DNA from: Propionivibrio sp.
GTDB taxonomy: Bacteria > Pseudomonadota > Gammaproteobacteria > Burkholderiales > Rhodocyclaceae
Length of the DNA: 64,000 nt
Direction: 5' to 3'
Assembly (NCBI GenBank): GCA_041441355.1
Contig: JASDTF010000016.1
Location: 56,899 to 120,898, forward strand
A program made the translations under genes and the position numbers. Shown here piece after piece: positions 37,536-48,984 of this stretch. Numbering within the stretch: position 1 is the first letter of the stretch; every line of letters starts with the position of its first letter. The notes below the pieces were generated by a model. That model was not told the DNA's origin. It saw nothing but the letters and a program-made list of their open reading frames with translations, and ran no database searches.

Positions 37536-37967
37536 GTGCTGATCGACTGGACCCATTTCACCCCCGGCGCCGCCTTGCTCGGCGGCGTCCTGATCGGCCT
37601 CGCGGCTGCGGCGTTGATCCTCGTCAACGGGCGCATCGCCGGCATCAGCGGCATCGTCGGCGGGCTTTTCCGGCCGCAGCGCGGCGAGGTCGGCTGGCGG
37701 CTGGCCTTCGTCGGCGGCTTGCTCGCGGCGCCGTTGCTGTATGGCCTGTGGGCGCCGCTGCCCGCGGCGCGCATTGAAGCTGGGCCTTTGCTCATCGTCC
37801 TGGCCGGCTTGCTGGTCGGCGTTGGCACCCGTTACGGCGCCGGTTGTACCAGCGGGCACGGGGTGTGCGGCCTGTCGCGCCTGTCGCCGCGCTCGCTGGT
37901 GGCGACGCTGGTGTTCATGGTGGCGGGCTTTGCCACCGTTTTCTTTGTCCGCCATCTGTTCGCCTGA
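37536..37967 (+). CDS. YeeE/YedE family sulfur transporter subunit (PmpA/B-like)
   Basis: [34 protein letters not shown]; GTG start after GGAGA. Confidence 0.88.
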   Translation: MLIDWTHFTPGAALLGGVLIGLAAAALILVNGRIAGISGIVGGLFRPQRGEVGWRLAFVGGLLAAPLLYGLWAPLPAARIEAGPLLIVLAGLLVGVGTRYGAGCTSGHGVCGLSRLSPRSLVATLVFMVAGFATVFFVRHLFA

Positions 37968-37974
37968 GGTGTGC

Positions 37975-38406
37975 ATGAACATCCGTTTGAATACCTTTTT
38001 CGCTTTTCTCGTCGGCCTGCTGTTCGGCCTGGGCTTGATCGTCTCGGGCATGAGCGACCCCGCCAAGGTGCTCGGTTTCCTCGACCTGGCCGGCGCCTGG
38101 GACCCGTCACTGGCGCTGGTCATGGGCGGGGCGATCGGGGTTGGCTTCGTTGCCTTCACCCTGGCCGGGCGGCGCCAACGCTCGCTGCTCGGCTTGCCGA
38201 TGCAATTGCCGACGGCGCGCCAGATCGACCGCCGACTGGTGCTCGGCAGCCTCGTGTTCGGCGTCGGCTGGGGGCTGGCCGGGATCTGCCCTGGGCCGGC
38301 GCTGGTGTTGTTCGGCGCCGGAGCGCCCGAAGGCGCGTTGTTTGTCGCCGCGATGCTGGTCGGCATGGGCGCGTTCGAAATCCTCGAGCGGCGCCGGGTG
38401 CACTAA
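37975..38406 (+). CDS. YeeE/YedE family sulfur transporter subunit (PmpA/B-like)
   Basis: [38 protein letters not shown]. Confidence 0.88.
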   Translation: MNIRLNTFFAFLVGLLFGLGLIVSGMSDPAKVLGFLDLAGAWDPSLALVMGGAIGVGFVAFTLAGRRQRSLLGLPMQLPTARQIDRRLVLGSLVFGVGWGLAGICPGPALVLFGAGAPEGALFVAAMLVGMGAFEILERRRVH

Positions 38407-38436
38407 GATCAAGCGTAAGCGAACAGGGAGAACGCG

Positions 38437-39318
38437 ATGAACGTACAGACTCCTCAGGTTGAAGGCTTCTACGATCCCGCAACGTCGACGCTCAGCTACC
38501 TGCTGCTCGACCGCGCCAGCGGCGCGGCGGCGCTGATCGACAGCGTCCTCGACTACGATCCGAAGTCCGGGCGCACCCGCACCACCTCGGCCGACCGCCT
38601 GCTGGCGCGCGTCGCCGAACTCGGGGCGCGGGTCGAATGGATTTTGGAAACGCACGTGCATGCCGATCACCTCTCGGCGGCGGCTTACCTTAAAGAGAAG
38701 CTCGGAGCGAAGGTGGCCATCGGCGAGCGCATCGGTGCGGTGCAGCAGGTGTTCAGGCAGCTGTTCAACGCCGAGCCGGAATTCGCCACTGACGGCCGCC
38801 AGTTCGACCGCCTGCTCGCTGATGGCGAAACGCTGAGCCTGGGCAGCCTTGAAATCGAAGCCTGGCAGACGCCCGGGCACACCCCGGCCTGCCTGACGTA
38901 TGTGGTGCGCGGTGGTGGCGAAACGCAGGCCTTCGTCGGCGACACGCTGTTCATGCCCGACTATGGCACGGCGCGCTGCGACTTCCCGGGCGGCGACGCG
39001 GCGACGCTCTACCGCTCGATCCGGCGCATCCTCAGCCTGCCCGAGGCGACGACGCTCTATATGTGCCACGACTACCGGCCGTCCGGGCGTGACGTCGCTT
39101 ACGTGAGCACGGTCGGCGCGCAGCGCGCGGCCAACGTGCACATCCACGACGGGGTGGATGAAGCCGCGTTCGTGGCAATGCGCCAGGCGCGCGATGCGCA
39201 GCTCGAAGCGCCGGTGCTGCTCCTGCCCTCGGTGCAGGTGAACATGCGCGGCGGCGAGCTGCCGCCGGCGGAAGCCAACGGCACGCGCTACCTGAAGATT
39301 CCGCTCAACGCGCTTTGA
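38437..39318 (+). CDS. pdo: Persulfide dioxygenase (MBL fold, Blh/PDO type)
   Basis: SVLDYDPKSG, ETHVHADHLSA, TPGHTPAC, GDTLFMPDYGTARCDFPGG, CHDY, YLKIPLN. Confidence 0.88.
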   Translation: MNVQTPQVEGFYDPATSTLSYLLLDRASGAAALIDSVLDYDPKSGRTRTTSADRLLARVAELGARVEWILETHVHADHLSAAAYLKEKLGAKVAIGERIGAVQQVFRQLFNAEPEFATDGRQFDRLLADGETLSLGSLEIEAWQTPGHTPACLTYVVRGGGETQAFVGDTLFMPDYGTARCDFPGGDAATLYRSIRRILSLPEATTLYMCHDYRPSGRDVAYVSTVGAQRAANVHIHDGVDEAAFVAMRQARDAQLEAPVLLLPSVQVNMRGGELPPAEANGTRYLKIPLNAL

Positions 39319-39349
39319 TTCCGCCGCCCATGCCGCGGCGGCGAGAGTT

Positions 39350-40837
<1,488 letters not shown>

Positions 40838-40878
40838 ATTCGGCGTAGAATCCGCAATTCGTTGTGCCCGATTTTCTC

Positions 40879-41841
40879 ATGCCTGCCGAATTTTCTCCCG
40901 TCGCTTTCGCCGCCTCGCTCCCCGCTTCGTTCTGGCTGCCGCTCGCCGCGCTGGCCGCGGTTGCGCTCGACCGCCTGCTCGGCGAGCCAGCGCGCTGGCA
41001 CCCGCTGGTCGGTTTTGGCGCTTTGGCGAGCCGCTTCGAAGCCGCGCTCAACCGTGGCAGCGAGGCCCGTCGGCGGGTGATGGGTGTGCTTGCCTGGGTG
41101 CTGGTCGTGCTGCCCTTCGTGGCGCTGGCCGGCGCGCTCAAGCCCGTCGGCCTCGCCGGCTGGGCGCTCGACGTCGTCCTCCTCTACCTCGCGCTGGGCG
41201 GACGCAGCCTGGCCGAACACGCCGAGCGCGTCGGCGCCGATCTGGCGTGCGGCGACCTGAATGCCGCGCGCGAGCATGTGGGCTGGATCGTCTCGCGCGA
41301 CACCTCCACGCTCGATGAGTCCGGGGTGGCCAAAGCCTGCGTCGAATCGACGCTGGAGAACGGCAACGACGCCGTCTTCGGCGCGCTGTTCTGGTTCATG
41401 CTCTTCGGCGGCGCGGGCGCGGTGCTCTTTCGCCTCGCCAACACGCTCGACGCGATGTGGGGCTACCGCAATGCGCGCTTCAACGCCTTTGGCTGGGCGG
41501 CGGCACGCATCGACGACGTACTCAATTACCTGCCGGCGCGGCTTACCGCGCTGGCCTACGCGCTGTGCGGCGAAACGCGGCGCGCGCTGGCCTGCTGGAA
41601 GCAGCAGGCGCCGCACTGGGAAAGCCCCAACGCCGGGCCGGTGATGGCTGCCGGCGCGGGCAGCCTGGGCCTCGTCCTCGGCGGTGCGGCGATCTATCAC
41701 GGCCGGCTCGAAGAACGCCCGCCGCTGGGCGACGGCGTGCCCGCGCGCGGCGCCGACATTGGTCGCGCGGTGCGTCTCTTGCGCCGCGCCACGGCCCTCT
41801 GGCTGGCGGCCTTCATCATCGGAGGATGGCTCAGTGCTTGA
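40879..41841 (+). CDS. cbiB: Adenosylcobinamide-phosphate synthase
   Basis: [49 protein letters not shown]. Confidence 0.95.
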   Translation: MPAEFSPVAFAASLPASFWLPLAALAAVALDRLLGEPARWHPLVGFGALASRFEAALNRGSEARRRVMGVLAWVLVVLPFVALAGALKPVGLAGWALDVVLLYLALGGRSLAEHAERVGADLACGDLNAAREHVGWIVSRDTSTLDESGVAKACVESTLENGNDAVFGALFWFMLFGGAGAVLFRLANTLDAMWGYRNARFNAFGWAAARIDDVLNYLPARLTALAYALCGETRRALACWKQQAPHWESPNAGPVMAAGAGSLGLVLGGAAIYHGRLEERPPLGDGVPARGADIGRAVRLLRRATALWLAAFIIGGWLSA

Positions 41842-42850
41842 ACACGGCGGACGCCTGCGCCGCGCCGCGGCCGAACATCAAATCCCGCTTGCCGACTGGC
41901 TGGACCTGTCGACCGGCATCAACCCGGCCGGCTACCCCGTGCCGCCCATCGACCCGGCGTGCTGGAACCGCCTGCCCGAAGACGACGACGGCCTGGAAGC
42001 CGCCGCCGCCGCCTACTACGGCAATCCGCGCTTGCTGGTGCTGCCTGGCTCGCAGGCCGGCATCCAGGGTTTGCCGGCCTTTTTGCCGCGCGGCGTGGTG
42101 GCCTGTGTGGCGCCGCTCTACGAGGAGCATCCGCAGGCCTGGGCGCGCGCCGGGCACAAGCTGCGCCGTCTACCTTCGCTCGCCCGCGCGCTGGCGGCGG
42201 CGACGCCCAATGTGCTGCTCTGCAACCCCAATAACCCGACCGCGACGGCGCTCGACCGCGAGACGCTGCTCGCCGCCGCCGAAACGCTGCGCCGGCGCGG
42301 CGGTGTGCTGATCGTCGACGAAGCCTTCGCCGACCCCGAGCCCGAGCGCAGCGTCGTCGACCTCGCCGGCAGCGACGCGGCGCCCAACCTCATTGTGCTG
42401 CGCTCGCTGGGCAAGTTCTTCGGCCTTGCCGGCGCGCGCGTCGGCTTCCTCTTTGCCGGCGAAGCCCTGCGCCAGAACCTGCGCGAAGCGCTCGGCCCCT
42501 GGCCGGTGGCGCACCCCTCGCGCGCCGTGGCGCGCGTAGCGCTCGCCGACTTCGCCTGGCAGGCGGCGGCGCGTGCGGCCTTGGCCGAGGCCTCGCAACG
42601 CTTGGCCGACCTCCTCGCCCCGCTGGGCAAGCCCGATGCCGTGACCCGCACGCCGCTCTTTTGCACCTTGCGCGTGGAGGGGGTGGATGCCCCGGAAACC
42701 CTGGCCGCGCTCGACGCGCACTTTGCCCGGCGCGCCATTCTCATCCGCCGTTTCGACGAACACAGCCTGCTGCGCTTTGGCCTGCCGCCCGACGCGGCCG
42801 GCTGGGAGCGCCTCTCGGCGGGCGTTGCAGCCTGGCTGGAGGGCGCATGA
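41834..42850 (+). CDS. cobD: Threonine-phosphate decarboxylase
   Basis: EHGG start, [37 protein letters not shown]. Confidence 0.92.
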   Translation: MLEHGGRLRRAAAEHQIPLADWLDLSTGINPAGYPVPPIDPACWNRLPEDDDGLEAAAAAYYGNPRLLVLPGSQAGIQGLPAFLPRGVVACVAPLYEEHPQAWARAGHKLRRLPSLARALAAATPNVLLCNPNNPTATALDRETLLAAAETLRRRGGVLIVDEAFADPEPERSVVDLAGSDAAPNLIVLRSLGKFFGLAGARVGFLFAGEALRQNLREALGPWPVAHPSRAVARVALADFAWQAAARAALAEASQRLADLLAPLGKPDAVTRTPLFCTLRVEGVDAPETLAALDAHFARRAILIRRFDEHSLLRFGLPPDAAGWERLSAGVAAWLEGA

Positions 42851-43737
42851 ATAAAGGCTTCCAGGCCGGTGTCTGCCTCGCCCTCGCGCTGGCGGCGGCG
42901 AACCTGCGCGCCGAAATCCAGGTGGTCGACGACGCCGGGCGCAGCGTGCGCCTCGCGCGCCCGGCGCAGCGCATCGTCACCCTCGCGCCGCACATGGCCG
43001 AAACGCTCTACGCCGCCGGCGCGGGCGAGCGCCTCGTCGGCACCGTCGAATTCAGCGACTACCCGCCGGAGGCGCAGAACGTGCGCCGCGTGGGCGGTTA
43101 CTCGCGCGTGGACCTCGAAGCCGTCGCCGCCTTGAAGCCCGACCTCGTGATCGGCTGGCAGAGCGGCAACGCGCCGGCGACGCTGGACGCGCTGCGCGCG
43201 CTGGGGCTGACGGTGTACGTCTCGCAGCCCGACCGCATCGAAGACGTGGCGCGCGAGATCGAGCGCTTTGGCCAACTGGCCGGGACGGAAAAAATCGCCC
43301 AGCCCAAGGCCGCCGAACTGCGCCGCCGCCAGGCTGCGCTGCGACGCGAATACGCTGGCCGGCCGACGGTGCGCGTCTTCTACCAGATCTGGAAACAGCC
43401 GCTCGCCACCATCGGCGGCAAGCAGATCATCTCCAGCGCGATCCGCCTCTGCGGCGGCGAGAACGTGTTTGCCGCGCTCGAAACCCTGGCGCCGACGGTG
43501 AGCGTCGAGGCCGTCATCGCTGCCAACCCCGAGGCCATCGTTGCCAGCGGCATGGACGCCGCGCGCCCCGAATGGCTGGACGACTGGAAGCGTTGGCCGA
43601 CGATCGCCGCCGTGGCGCGCGGCAACCTCTTCTTCGTCCCGCCCGAACTCATCCAGCGCCACACCCCGCGCCTCCTCGACGGCACCGAAATCCTCTGCCG
43701 CCAGCTTGAAAGCGCGCGCGAGCGGCGGCCCAAGTAA
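42847..43737 (+). CDS. btuF: Cobalamin-binding periplasmic protein
   Basis: Signal peptide; RIVTLAPHMAETLYA, SDYPPEA, ALKPDLV; cob context. Confidence 0.85.
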   Translation: MNKGFQAGVCLALALAAANLRAEIQVVDDAGRSVRLARPAQRIVTLAPHMAETLYAAGAGERLVGTVEFSDYPPEAQNVRRVGGYSRVDLEAVAALKPDLVIGWQSGNAPATLDALRALGLTVYVSQPDRIEDVAREIERFGQLAGTEKIAQPKAAELRRRQAALRREYAGRPTVRVFYQIWKQPLATIGGKQIISSAIRLCGGENVFAALETLAPTVSVEAVIAANPEAIVASGMDAARPEWLDDWKRWPTIAAVARGNLFFVPPELIQRHTPRLLDGTEILCRQLESARERRPK

Positions 43738-43897
43738 TTCCATTTCCAAATCCTCCGTGCCTTTGTCGACTTCGCCTTGCCGTGCTATTCGCACTGTCTG
43801 CGGCTCGTCTTCGTGGCACGAATGATTTAGAAATGGAATAAGACCGCCCGCTCGCCCGCGCCGGCACAGGCAAGGCCTTGTTTCATCATCGTTAGGA

Positions 43898-43926
43898 TGG
43901 ACGCGGCGCGGCAAACCCGTTAGACT
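43898..43926 (+). promoter_or_regulatory. Sigma70 promoter of the tRNA locus
   Basis: TGGACG-17-TAGACT, 13 nt upstream of the tRNA. Confidence 0.6.
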
Positions 43927-43939
43927 TCGTCCCCTCTGC

Positions 43940-44016
43940 GCGCCCGTAGCTCAGTTGGATAGAGTACTGCCCTCCGAAGGCAGGGGTCGGACGTTCGAAT
44001 CGTCTCGGGCGCGCCA
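43940..44016 (+). tRNA. tRNA-Arg(CCG)
   Basis: 77 nt; acceptor GCGCCCG/CGGGCGC; anticodon stem CTGCC/GGCAG with loop CTCCGAA; TTCGAAT T-loop; encoded CCA. Confidence 0.97.
43995..44016 (+). repeat. attL core, 22-bp direct repeat (tRNA 3' end)
   Basis: tcgaatcgtctcgggcgcgcca, identical to 50122-50143. Confidence 0.93.
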
Positions 44017-44120
44017 AAGACTGTCTAAGGGGCTGATTCCGCAAGGGTTAGCCCTTTTTCATGCACTTACAGATGCCGTGCTGCTACACAGAGCTGTTAC
44101 ACAGCCGATAGAATCTTGGC

Positions 44121-45701
44121 ATGGACAAGGGCATGAAAGATCAAACGGGCCTCGTAAGGCGAGGTTCCATCTACTACTACCGGCAGCGCATTCCCACTGA
44201 CTTATTGCCCCACTTCGACAAAGCAGAAGTCTGGCGTTCTCTACGTACGTCGAACAAGACGGAAGCCAAGCAGCGTGCCAAGCTAGAGGCGCTGAAGTGG
44301 GAACAGGAATTCCACCAGAAGAGAAGTCTGCGGGAAACCTCCGAGGTTACGCAGATAAGCGCAGACGAGCTTGAGCGCCTTACCGCAATCTACTATGCGG
44401 AGCAGCTTGAGGGCGACGAGTACATTCGAGCTACTGGACGCCTCTCAGGCGGAGTGTTCGAGTCGTACGGGAAGGCCCTGGAGAAGTTCGACAACGAAGA
44501 CGGACGGCGGGTTGCTCAAGGAGTGACGGGCGAGCGGGACCAGGAAATGGACGCTTTCCTACAAGGCTACGGTATCCGGTTAGCGTCGGCGCCAGAACAA
44601 TACATGCTTACGGCGTATGCCTTTGCGAAGGTTCGGAAGCGTGTAGGGGAGGCTGTGCTAGCTCGGCAAAGAGGTCAGGTGGTTGATACGCCTATTCCTC
44701 CTGCATTTGCACTGCGTGTCGTTTCTGGCAGCAATGAAGGTGACAGCCTTGAAGCGTTGCTGAACTATTGGAAAACGCAGGGAGAGAAGGCACACCGGAC
44801 GCTGCTGGAAGCGAGTACCGCTGTACGGCTTTTCTCGGAATCGTTGCAAGGCATCCCTGCGTCCAGAATCACCAAAGTTCATGTGGTCGCCTTCAAGGAC
44901 AAACTGCTGGCCGAGGGCAAGGCGCCTGCGACCGTGTTAAAGCAAGTCGGGCTTCTCAAGGCGATATTCGAGACAGCCGCAGCGAACGGGAAGCTGTCCG
45001 GCAATCCGGCTCAGGGAGTGAAGGTTCCTCGCCCAAAGATTGAGCAGAAAAAGCGTGTCTCGTTCTCTGCGACAGACCTTTCCGCAATCTTCAATTCTCC
45101 GGTATTCACTCAAGGGGCAAGGCCGCTCGGAGGACGCGGAGAGGCCGCCTACTGGATTCCTCTGCTCGGCCTCTGGTCGGGTGCCCGCCTTGAGGAAATC
45201 GGGCAGTTACTCACAACAAATGTGGAGGAAGAGGACGGTATTCATTTTCTGCGCATTACCCATGACGCAGAAGCTGGGCAGACCGTGAAGACAGCAACAT
45301 CACGGCGTCGCGTTCCGCTCCATCCTGAGCTGATTCGTTTGGGCTTCTTGGACTACGTTCGCAACTTGGAGAGAGAAGGGACCGCGCGCCTATTCCCGTT
45401 GTTGGTCTCGGGGGCTTCCCGCCAATTGACGGCAAGCTGGTCTCAGTGGTGGGGGCGCTATCTCCGTAAGGAGGTCAAAATCACCGACAGCCGCAAGGTG
45501 TTCCACTCTTTCCGTCACGGCTTCAAAGATGCCTGCCGAGATAGTGACATTCCGAAAGAGTTGAACGACCGCCTGACAGGGCACGGCGGCGGCGGCGTTG
45601 GAGATAGTTATGGTGCCGATGATTACCCGCTCCGTCCGTTGGCTGATGCAATGAACAAGTTGCGGTATCGCGGTCTGGATTTGGCCCACCTTGCGATGTA
45701 G
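44121..45701 (+). CDS. Tyrosine integrase with DUF6538-like N-terminus
   Basis: RRGSIYYYRQRIP; catalytic R (GARLEEI), K, HSFRH, GH, Y; start may be 44133. Confidence 0.92.
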   Translation: MDKGMKDQTGLVRRGSIYYYRQRIPTDLLPHFDKAEVWRSLRTSNKTEAKQRAKLEALKWEQEFHQKRSLRETSEVTQISADELERLTAIYYAEQLEGDEYIRATGRLSGGVFESYGKALEKFDNEDGRRVAQGVTGERDQEMDAFLQGYGIRLASAPEQYMLTAYAFAKVRKRVGEAVLARQRGQVVDTPIPPAFALRVVSGSNEGDSLEALLNYWKTQGEKAHRTLLEASTAVRLFSESLQGIPASRITKVHVVAFKDKLLAEGKAPATVLKQVGLLKAIFETAAANGKLSGNPAQGVKVPRPKIEQKKRVSFSATDLSAIFNSPVFTQGARPLGGRGEAAYWIPLLGLWSGARLEEIGQLLTTNVEEEDGIHFLRITHDAEAGQTVKTATSRRRVPLHPELIRLGFLDYVRNLEREGTARLFPLLVSGASRQLTASWSQWWGRYLRKEVKITDSRKVFHSFRHGFKDACRDSDIPKELNDRLTGHGGGGVGDSYGADDYPLRPLADAMNKLRYRGLDLAHLAM

Positions 45702-45883
45702 GAGGCGGCGGGGCGTACGTGCCAGCATGTTGTGCGTAAAAACAGGGGATCACCGTTGAACGTGGAATCCCCTGCCAGAAGCTTCGGGGTATGAAATTTC
45801 ACCCCCGTAGAAGTGCAGACTGAAGAGGTCTGACGACCCCTCCAGTTCTCTTTAGATGCCCGTGCTGGGGCGGATGTGGAGGT

Positions 45884-46717
45884 TCAGAACTCCGGTTCCT
45901 CTTCTTCTAGGCCAAGGTCGGAGACATCGACCACGCCATGCCAGTACTCCGCAAAGAAGCTCGGCAGGCTCCTGTCGTAATGCTCCAGTGCTCGTGCCAG
46001 AACTTCGGGCATGCCGTGTCGTTGGAAGCGATGCCCTAGGAGCTGCATGAGTTTGCCTGCAAGCTGCTTCGCTTCCTCCTCCATCGCGGCATCCCAATCC
46101 TTGTTCTCGTCCATTTCCTTGCCGTCTGCTTCGCTCCTTGCTCGCGGCCAAGAAATTTCCGTCAGGTCCCGTTCAGGCTCCTTCTGGAGCAGCGTCCGTT
46201 TGGTGGCTCGCATGGTAAAGACTTGCCGCTCCGAGACGGTCGATGCAAGGGCGATGGCCTTGGCGCTGGCCTCTCCTTTTGTAGTCAAGACGACCAACTC
46301 CCATGCCGCTTGTGCTTGCTCGCGCTTCGTCATTTGGAGTTTTGTAGGTGCGTTGGACTGGACCGACCTGAGCATGGCGCTGACGACCGTGCCGCGATGG
46401 ACCTGAACCGGCACAGGGTCCTTCTTGGGCCATCTGCCGACTTCGTAAGCATCCAGACGGTGGTGACCGTCGATGCAATACCAGCCATCCCCGCCCCACC
46501 AGACGAGCAGCGCTTCTAGCGCCTGCCCATCTTTGACCTTCCGTGCCATCTCGTGAATGTGCGTCCGGCTCGCATATTCCGCTGGTCGTCGGAATTGGTA
46601 CAACTCCGGGATCCGCTTGATGTCGCCGAGAAGGAGGCTCTTCGGGTCCTCGGGAGGGGGCTGCGTACCACTCTTGACCTTCCGTTCAAGCGCCTGTCGT
46701 GCTTCTGGTCTGCTCAT
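45884..46717 (-). CDS. ParB/Srx-like N-terminal domain protein
   Basis: LEALLVWW..WYCIDGHHRLDAY motif; acidic tail; GGAGA RBS. Confidence 0.7.
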   Translation of the reverse strand: MSRPEARQALERKVKSGTQPPPEDPKSLLLGDIKRIPELYQFRRPAEYASRTHIHEMARKVKDGQALEALLVWWGGDGWYCIDGHHRLDAYEVGRWPKKDPVPVQVHRGTVVSAMLRSVQSNAPTKLQMTKREQAQAAWELVVLTTKGEASAKAIALASTVSERQVFTMRATKRTLLQKEPERDLTEISWPRARSEADGKEMDENKDWDAAMEEEAKQLAGKLMQLLGHRFQRHGMPEVLARALEHYDRSLPSFFAEYWHGVVDVSDLGLEEEEPEF

Positions 46718-46904
46718 TGCGTTCTCCACGTTCTACATTCATTCGTTGATGCTCGGCCAGGATGATGGCAAGCGTTTGGTTGTTGTTCAGCCGGACCCCC
46801 TGTGCCCTTTCGCGGGAACGTTGGAAGTCCTTGAGGTAATCGAAGGATGCGACCGAGAAAGCCACTTGCCGGAAGACAAGTGCTGCGGGCTTGTGCGCCG
46901 TCAT
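46686..46904 (-). CDS. 72-aa hypothetical protein, possible ribbon-helix-helix
   Basis: beta (FRQVAFS)-helix-helix pattern; overlaps the ParB-like start. Confidence 0.55.
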   Translation of the reverse strand: MTAHKPAALVFRQVAFSVASFDYLKDFQRSRERAQGVRLNNNQTLAIILAEHQRMNVERGERNEQTRSTTGA

Positions 46905-46908
46905 GGGC

Positions 46909-47235
46909 TTACTCTTCCCAGGGCGCTGCGCTGGCGTTGGGGCCGGAGGTTGGCGACTCCCCGCGAACGGTCTTGGGTATTGCCTCCTGCTCGTCAAAGA
47001 GGGCGAGGAATTCAGCGTTCGGCTTAGTCTTCTTGTTGAGCGTGTTGCGGGCATAGGCGAACTCCCAGGCAATCGGCTCATACGTACCGTTCTTTACGGC
47101 ATGGTGGTAGCGTCCAAGGGCTTTCTTCAAAGCCTGACTCGGCGCACCACCAGGGGACAGCGCCCATGAATTGAGGGCGTCGATAATCTCCTTCAGGTCA
47201 CCCGAACGGGTTGCGAGGTTGGTTGCGTACTTCAC
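46909..47235 (-). CDS. 108-aa hypothetical protein
   Basis: GTG start with GGAGA RBS; ends 4 nt before the next ORF in an apparent operon. Confidence 0.6.
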   Translation of the reverse strand: MKYATNLATRSGDLKEIIDALNSWALSPGGAPSQALKKALGRYHHAVKNGTYEPIAWEFAYARNTLNKKTKPNAEFLALFDEQEAIPKTVRGESPTSGPNASAAPWEE

Positions 47236-47374
47236 GTCTGTTTCTCCATTGGTTGGGTTAGGGGGCGCACAAAGATCACGCTCCAGTCGGAAGGAGCGTT
47301 TTCTCTATGCGATAGCTAGGTTTTATCGCCAAAACCCGCCTCAAACCCTTGCCAATCAAGGCTTTCAGAGCGAC

Positions 47375-47397
47375 AAAAAGGGCCGCCGAAGCGACCC
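47375..47397 (-). terminator. Intrinsic terminator of the 336-aa cargo gene
   Basis: Minus strand gggtcgc-ttcg-gcggccc-ttttt. Confidence 0.75.
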
Positions 47398-47454
47398 GCG
47401 TTTGATCTGCAGAAGCAGCTTCAAATCCTTCGCAGCATTGTCATCCAAACATTT

Positions 47455-48462
47455 CTACGAAAAATTAGAGGTACTGTGCTCTGCTGCAGGAGTCCAGATT
47501 GCTCCCTCTGGAATCGAATCCAAAATCCCTGTTTCTTCGTTCAGGCGCTCAAAGAACAATGTGGTTTGATGCTCTCTTTTCCTTCCATGAAGAACACTCA
47601 CAGCGAGTTGTGTATCAGGATTGAAGAACCCTACCGAGGCGTTTTTGGAGATAAATAAGATTGCTCGCTCCGTGGCGTGCTGTTGAGCATAAACCTCCTC
47701 TGCGTAGTCAAGCTCTCTCCGAATGGTGATGGCTCGTTCGACTGCCAGAACAGATGAACCATCCATCGAAATGCCAAATCCTGGGGTCAAAAACATCTTC
47801 CCAGCGAGCGTGATAGGCACAGACACTCCACTTCTGCGTAGAGCAATGTAATCCGCAGCCGAATGCTGTTTCCCAGGCAGAATCCCTTTGAGTTCAAACC
47901 TGTCGATGGTTTCAGGCCAATTGCGATAGAGCGTCTCAAGAAGTTCGATCTTGCCCCATAGATCCCCGAATCCCCTCCCGTGCGGGACCACATCGATTAG
48001 GTAAGCTGCGTCATCAGTAAGGCGCGCTATCAAGACTCGACGGGAGCGCATAACCCGCCCACCTTTGCCTTCCAAGTCTGCGCCAAGATGAAAATGCAGG
48101 AGACCCCAGTCAGCAAAGAAGATGTCGTGGTTCGCCCACTTTCGTTTTCTATCGTTGTTACTACGCCTTCGAATTGAGGCTGTCGTATCGCCAAGAAAAG
48201 ACAGAAGAGAACCGCCCCTCGCCATTGCGGAACAGAGCTGCCGAATGCCGCTTAGTTCATAAGGCGACAGAATGCGCTCATGCGTAAGGACGTCAGAGAA
48301 ATAAATGCGCCTGGTTCTTCTGGACGGAATCCTACCAAGCCACTCAATGACATCAATGAGCCGCAACTCTGGTTTTGGGGGTAGGGGCGATTGCGTTTTC
48401 TCATAGACATCTGCAAGGAGAATCGGCAAGTCTCTACACCAAATCAGAGCATCATCCTTCAT
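47455..48462 (-). CDS. Hypothetical cargo protein, 335 aa, with DWGLLHFHLG motif (possibly YafO/RelE-like RNase)
   Basis: Low-GC long ORF with RBS and its own terminator; HFHL...SRRVLIAR...AYLIDVVPHG pattern. Confidence 0.7.
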   Translation of the reverse strand: MKDDALIWCRDLPILLADVYEKTQSPLPPKPELRLIDVIEWLGRIPSRRTRRIYFSDVLTHERILSPYELSGIRQLCSAMARGGSLLSFLGDTTASIRRRSNNDRKRKWANHDIFFADWGLLHFHLGADLEGKGGRVMRSRRVLIARLTDDAAYLIDVVPHGRGFGDLWGKIELLETLYRNWPETIDRFELKGILPGKQHSAADYIALRRSGVSVPITLAGKMFLTPGFGISMDGSSVLAVERAITIRRELDYAEEVYAQQHATERAILFISKNASVGFFNPDTQLAVSVLHGRKREHQTTLFFERLNEETGILDSIPEGAIWTPAAEHSTSNFS

Positions 48463-48511
48463 CTCAGAGCGCTCCTCAGAAGGGGGCAAAGTCAAGGAAA
48501 ATGCCGTCAAG

Positions 48512-48540
48512 TTGTCGTGAACAGGATTGTCGAATACTAT
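48512..48540 (+). promoter_or_regulatory. Sigma70 promoter of the cargo membrane gene
   Basis: TTGTCG-17-TACTAT, 29 nt before ATG 48570. Confidence 0.65.
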
Positions 48541-48569
48541 GCTTTCAGAATGTGACTGTAGAGGCTTCT

Positions 48570-48974
48570 ATGGAAACAATCCTGGCCAACCTTGCAGACC
48601 CTTCGTGGTGGTTTAGTAGCTTTTTCCCCGCTGTGGTCATCATTTTGCTCCCACGGTTATTTAGGCCGCTGTGGGCGCGCACAAAAATATTCCTAAGAAC
48701 TCGCCGCGCAAAAGAACTCAGCAAAATTAAAAGACTCCGCTGGGACGATATGCAAATTACTTACGAGATGCAGAAGGCTGCCGCCTTGCTTGTCATCTTT
48801 ATTCTGTCCATCGTCCTGGCCCTTGTGTCGCTCCTCTTAAGCCCCGTCACCAAATCGACGCTGCATGTCATTATCGTAAGCATTCCGATTCTGTGGTCAG
48901 AACTGGCTTGGTTGTCACGTGACAAGCTCGTGAAGGAAGTGATTCTGTACCGTAAAAAACTGAATCGACCGTAA
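48570..48974 (+). CDS. Hypothetical 134-aa membrane protein (about 3 TM)
   Basis: GAGG RBS; hydrophobic segments separated by a basic linker (RTRRAKELSKIKRLR); low GC. Confidence 0.72.
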   Translation: METILANLADPSWWFSSFFPAVVIILLPRLFRPLWARTKIFLRTRRAKELSKIKRLRWDDMQITYEMQKAAALLVIFILSIVLALVSLLLSPVTKSTLHVIIVSIPILWSELAWLSRDKLVKEVILYRKKLNRP

Positions 48975-48984
48975 AAACAGGGAA

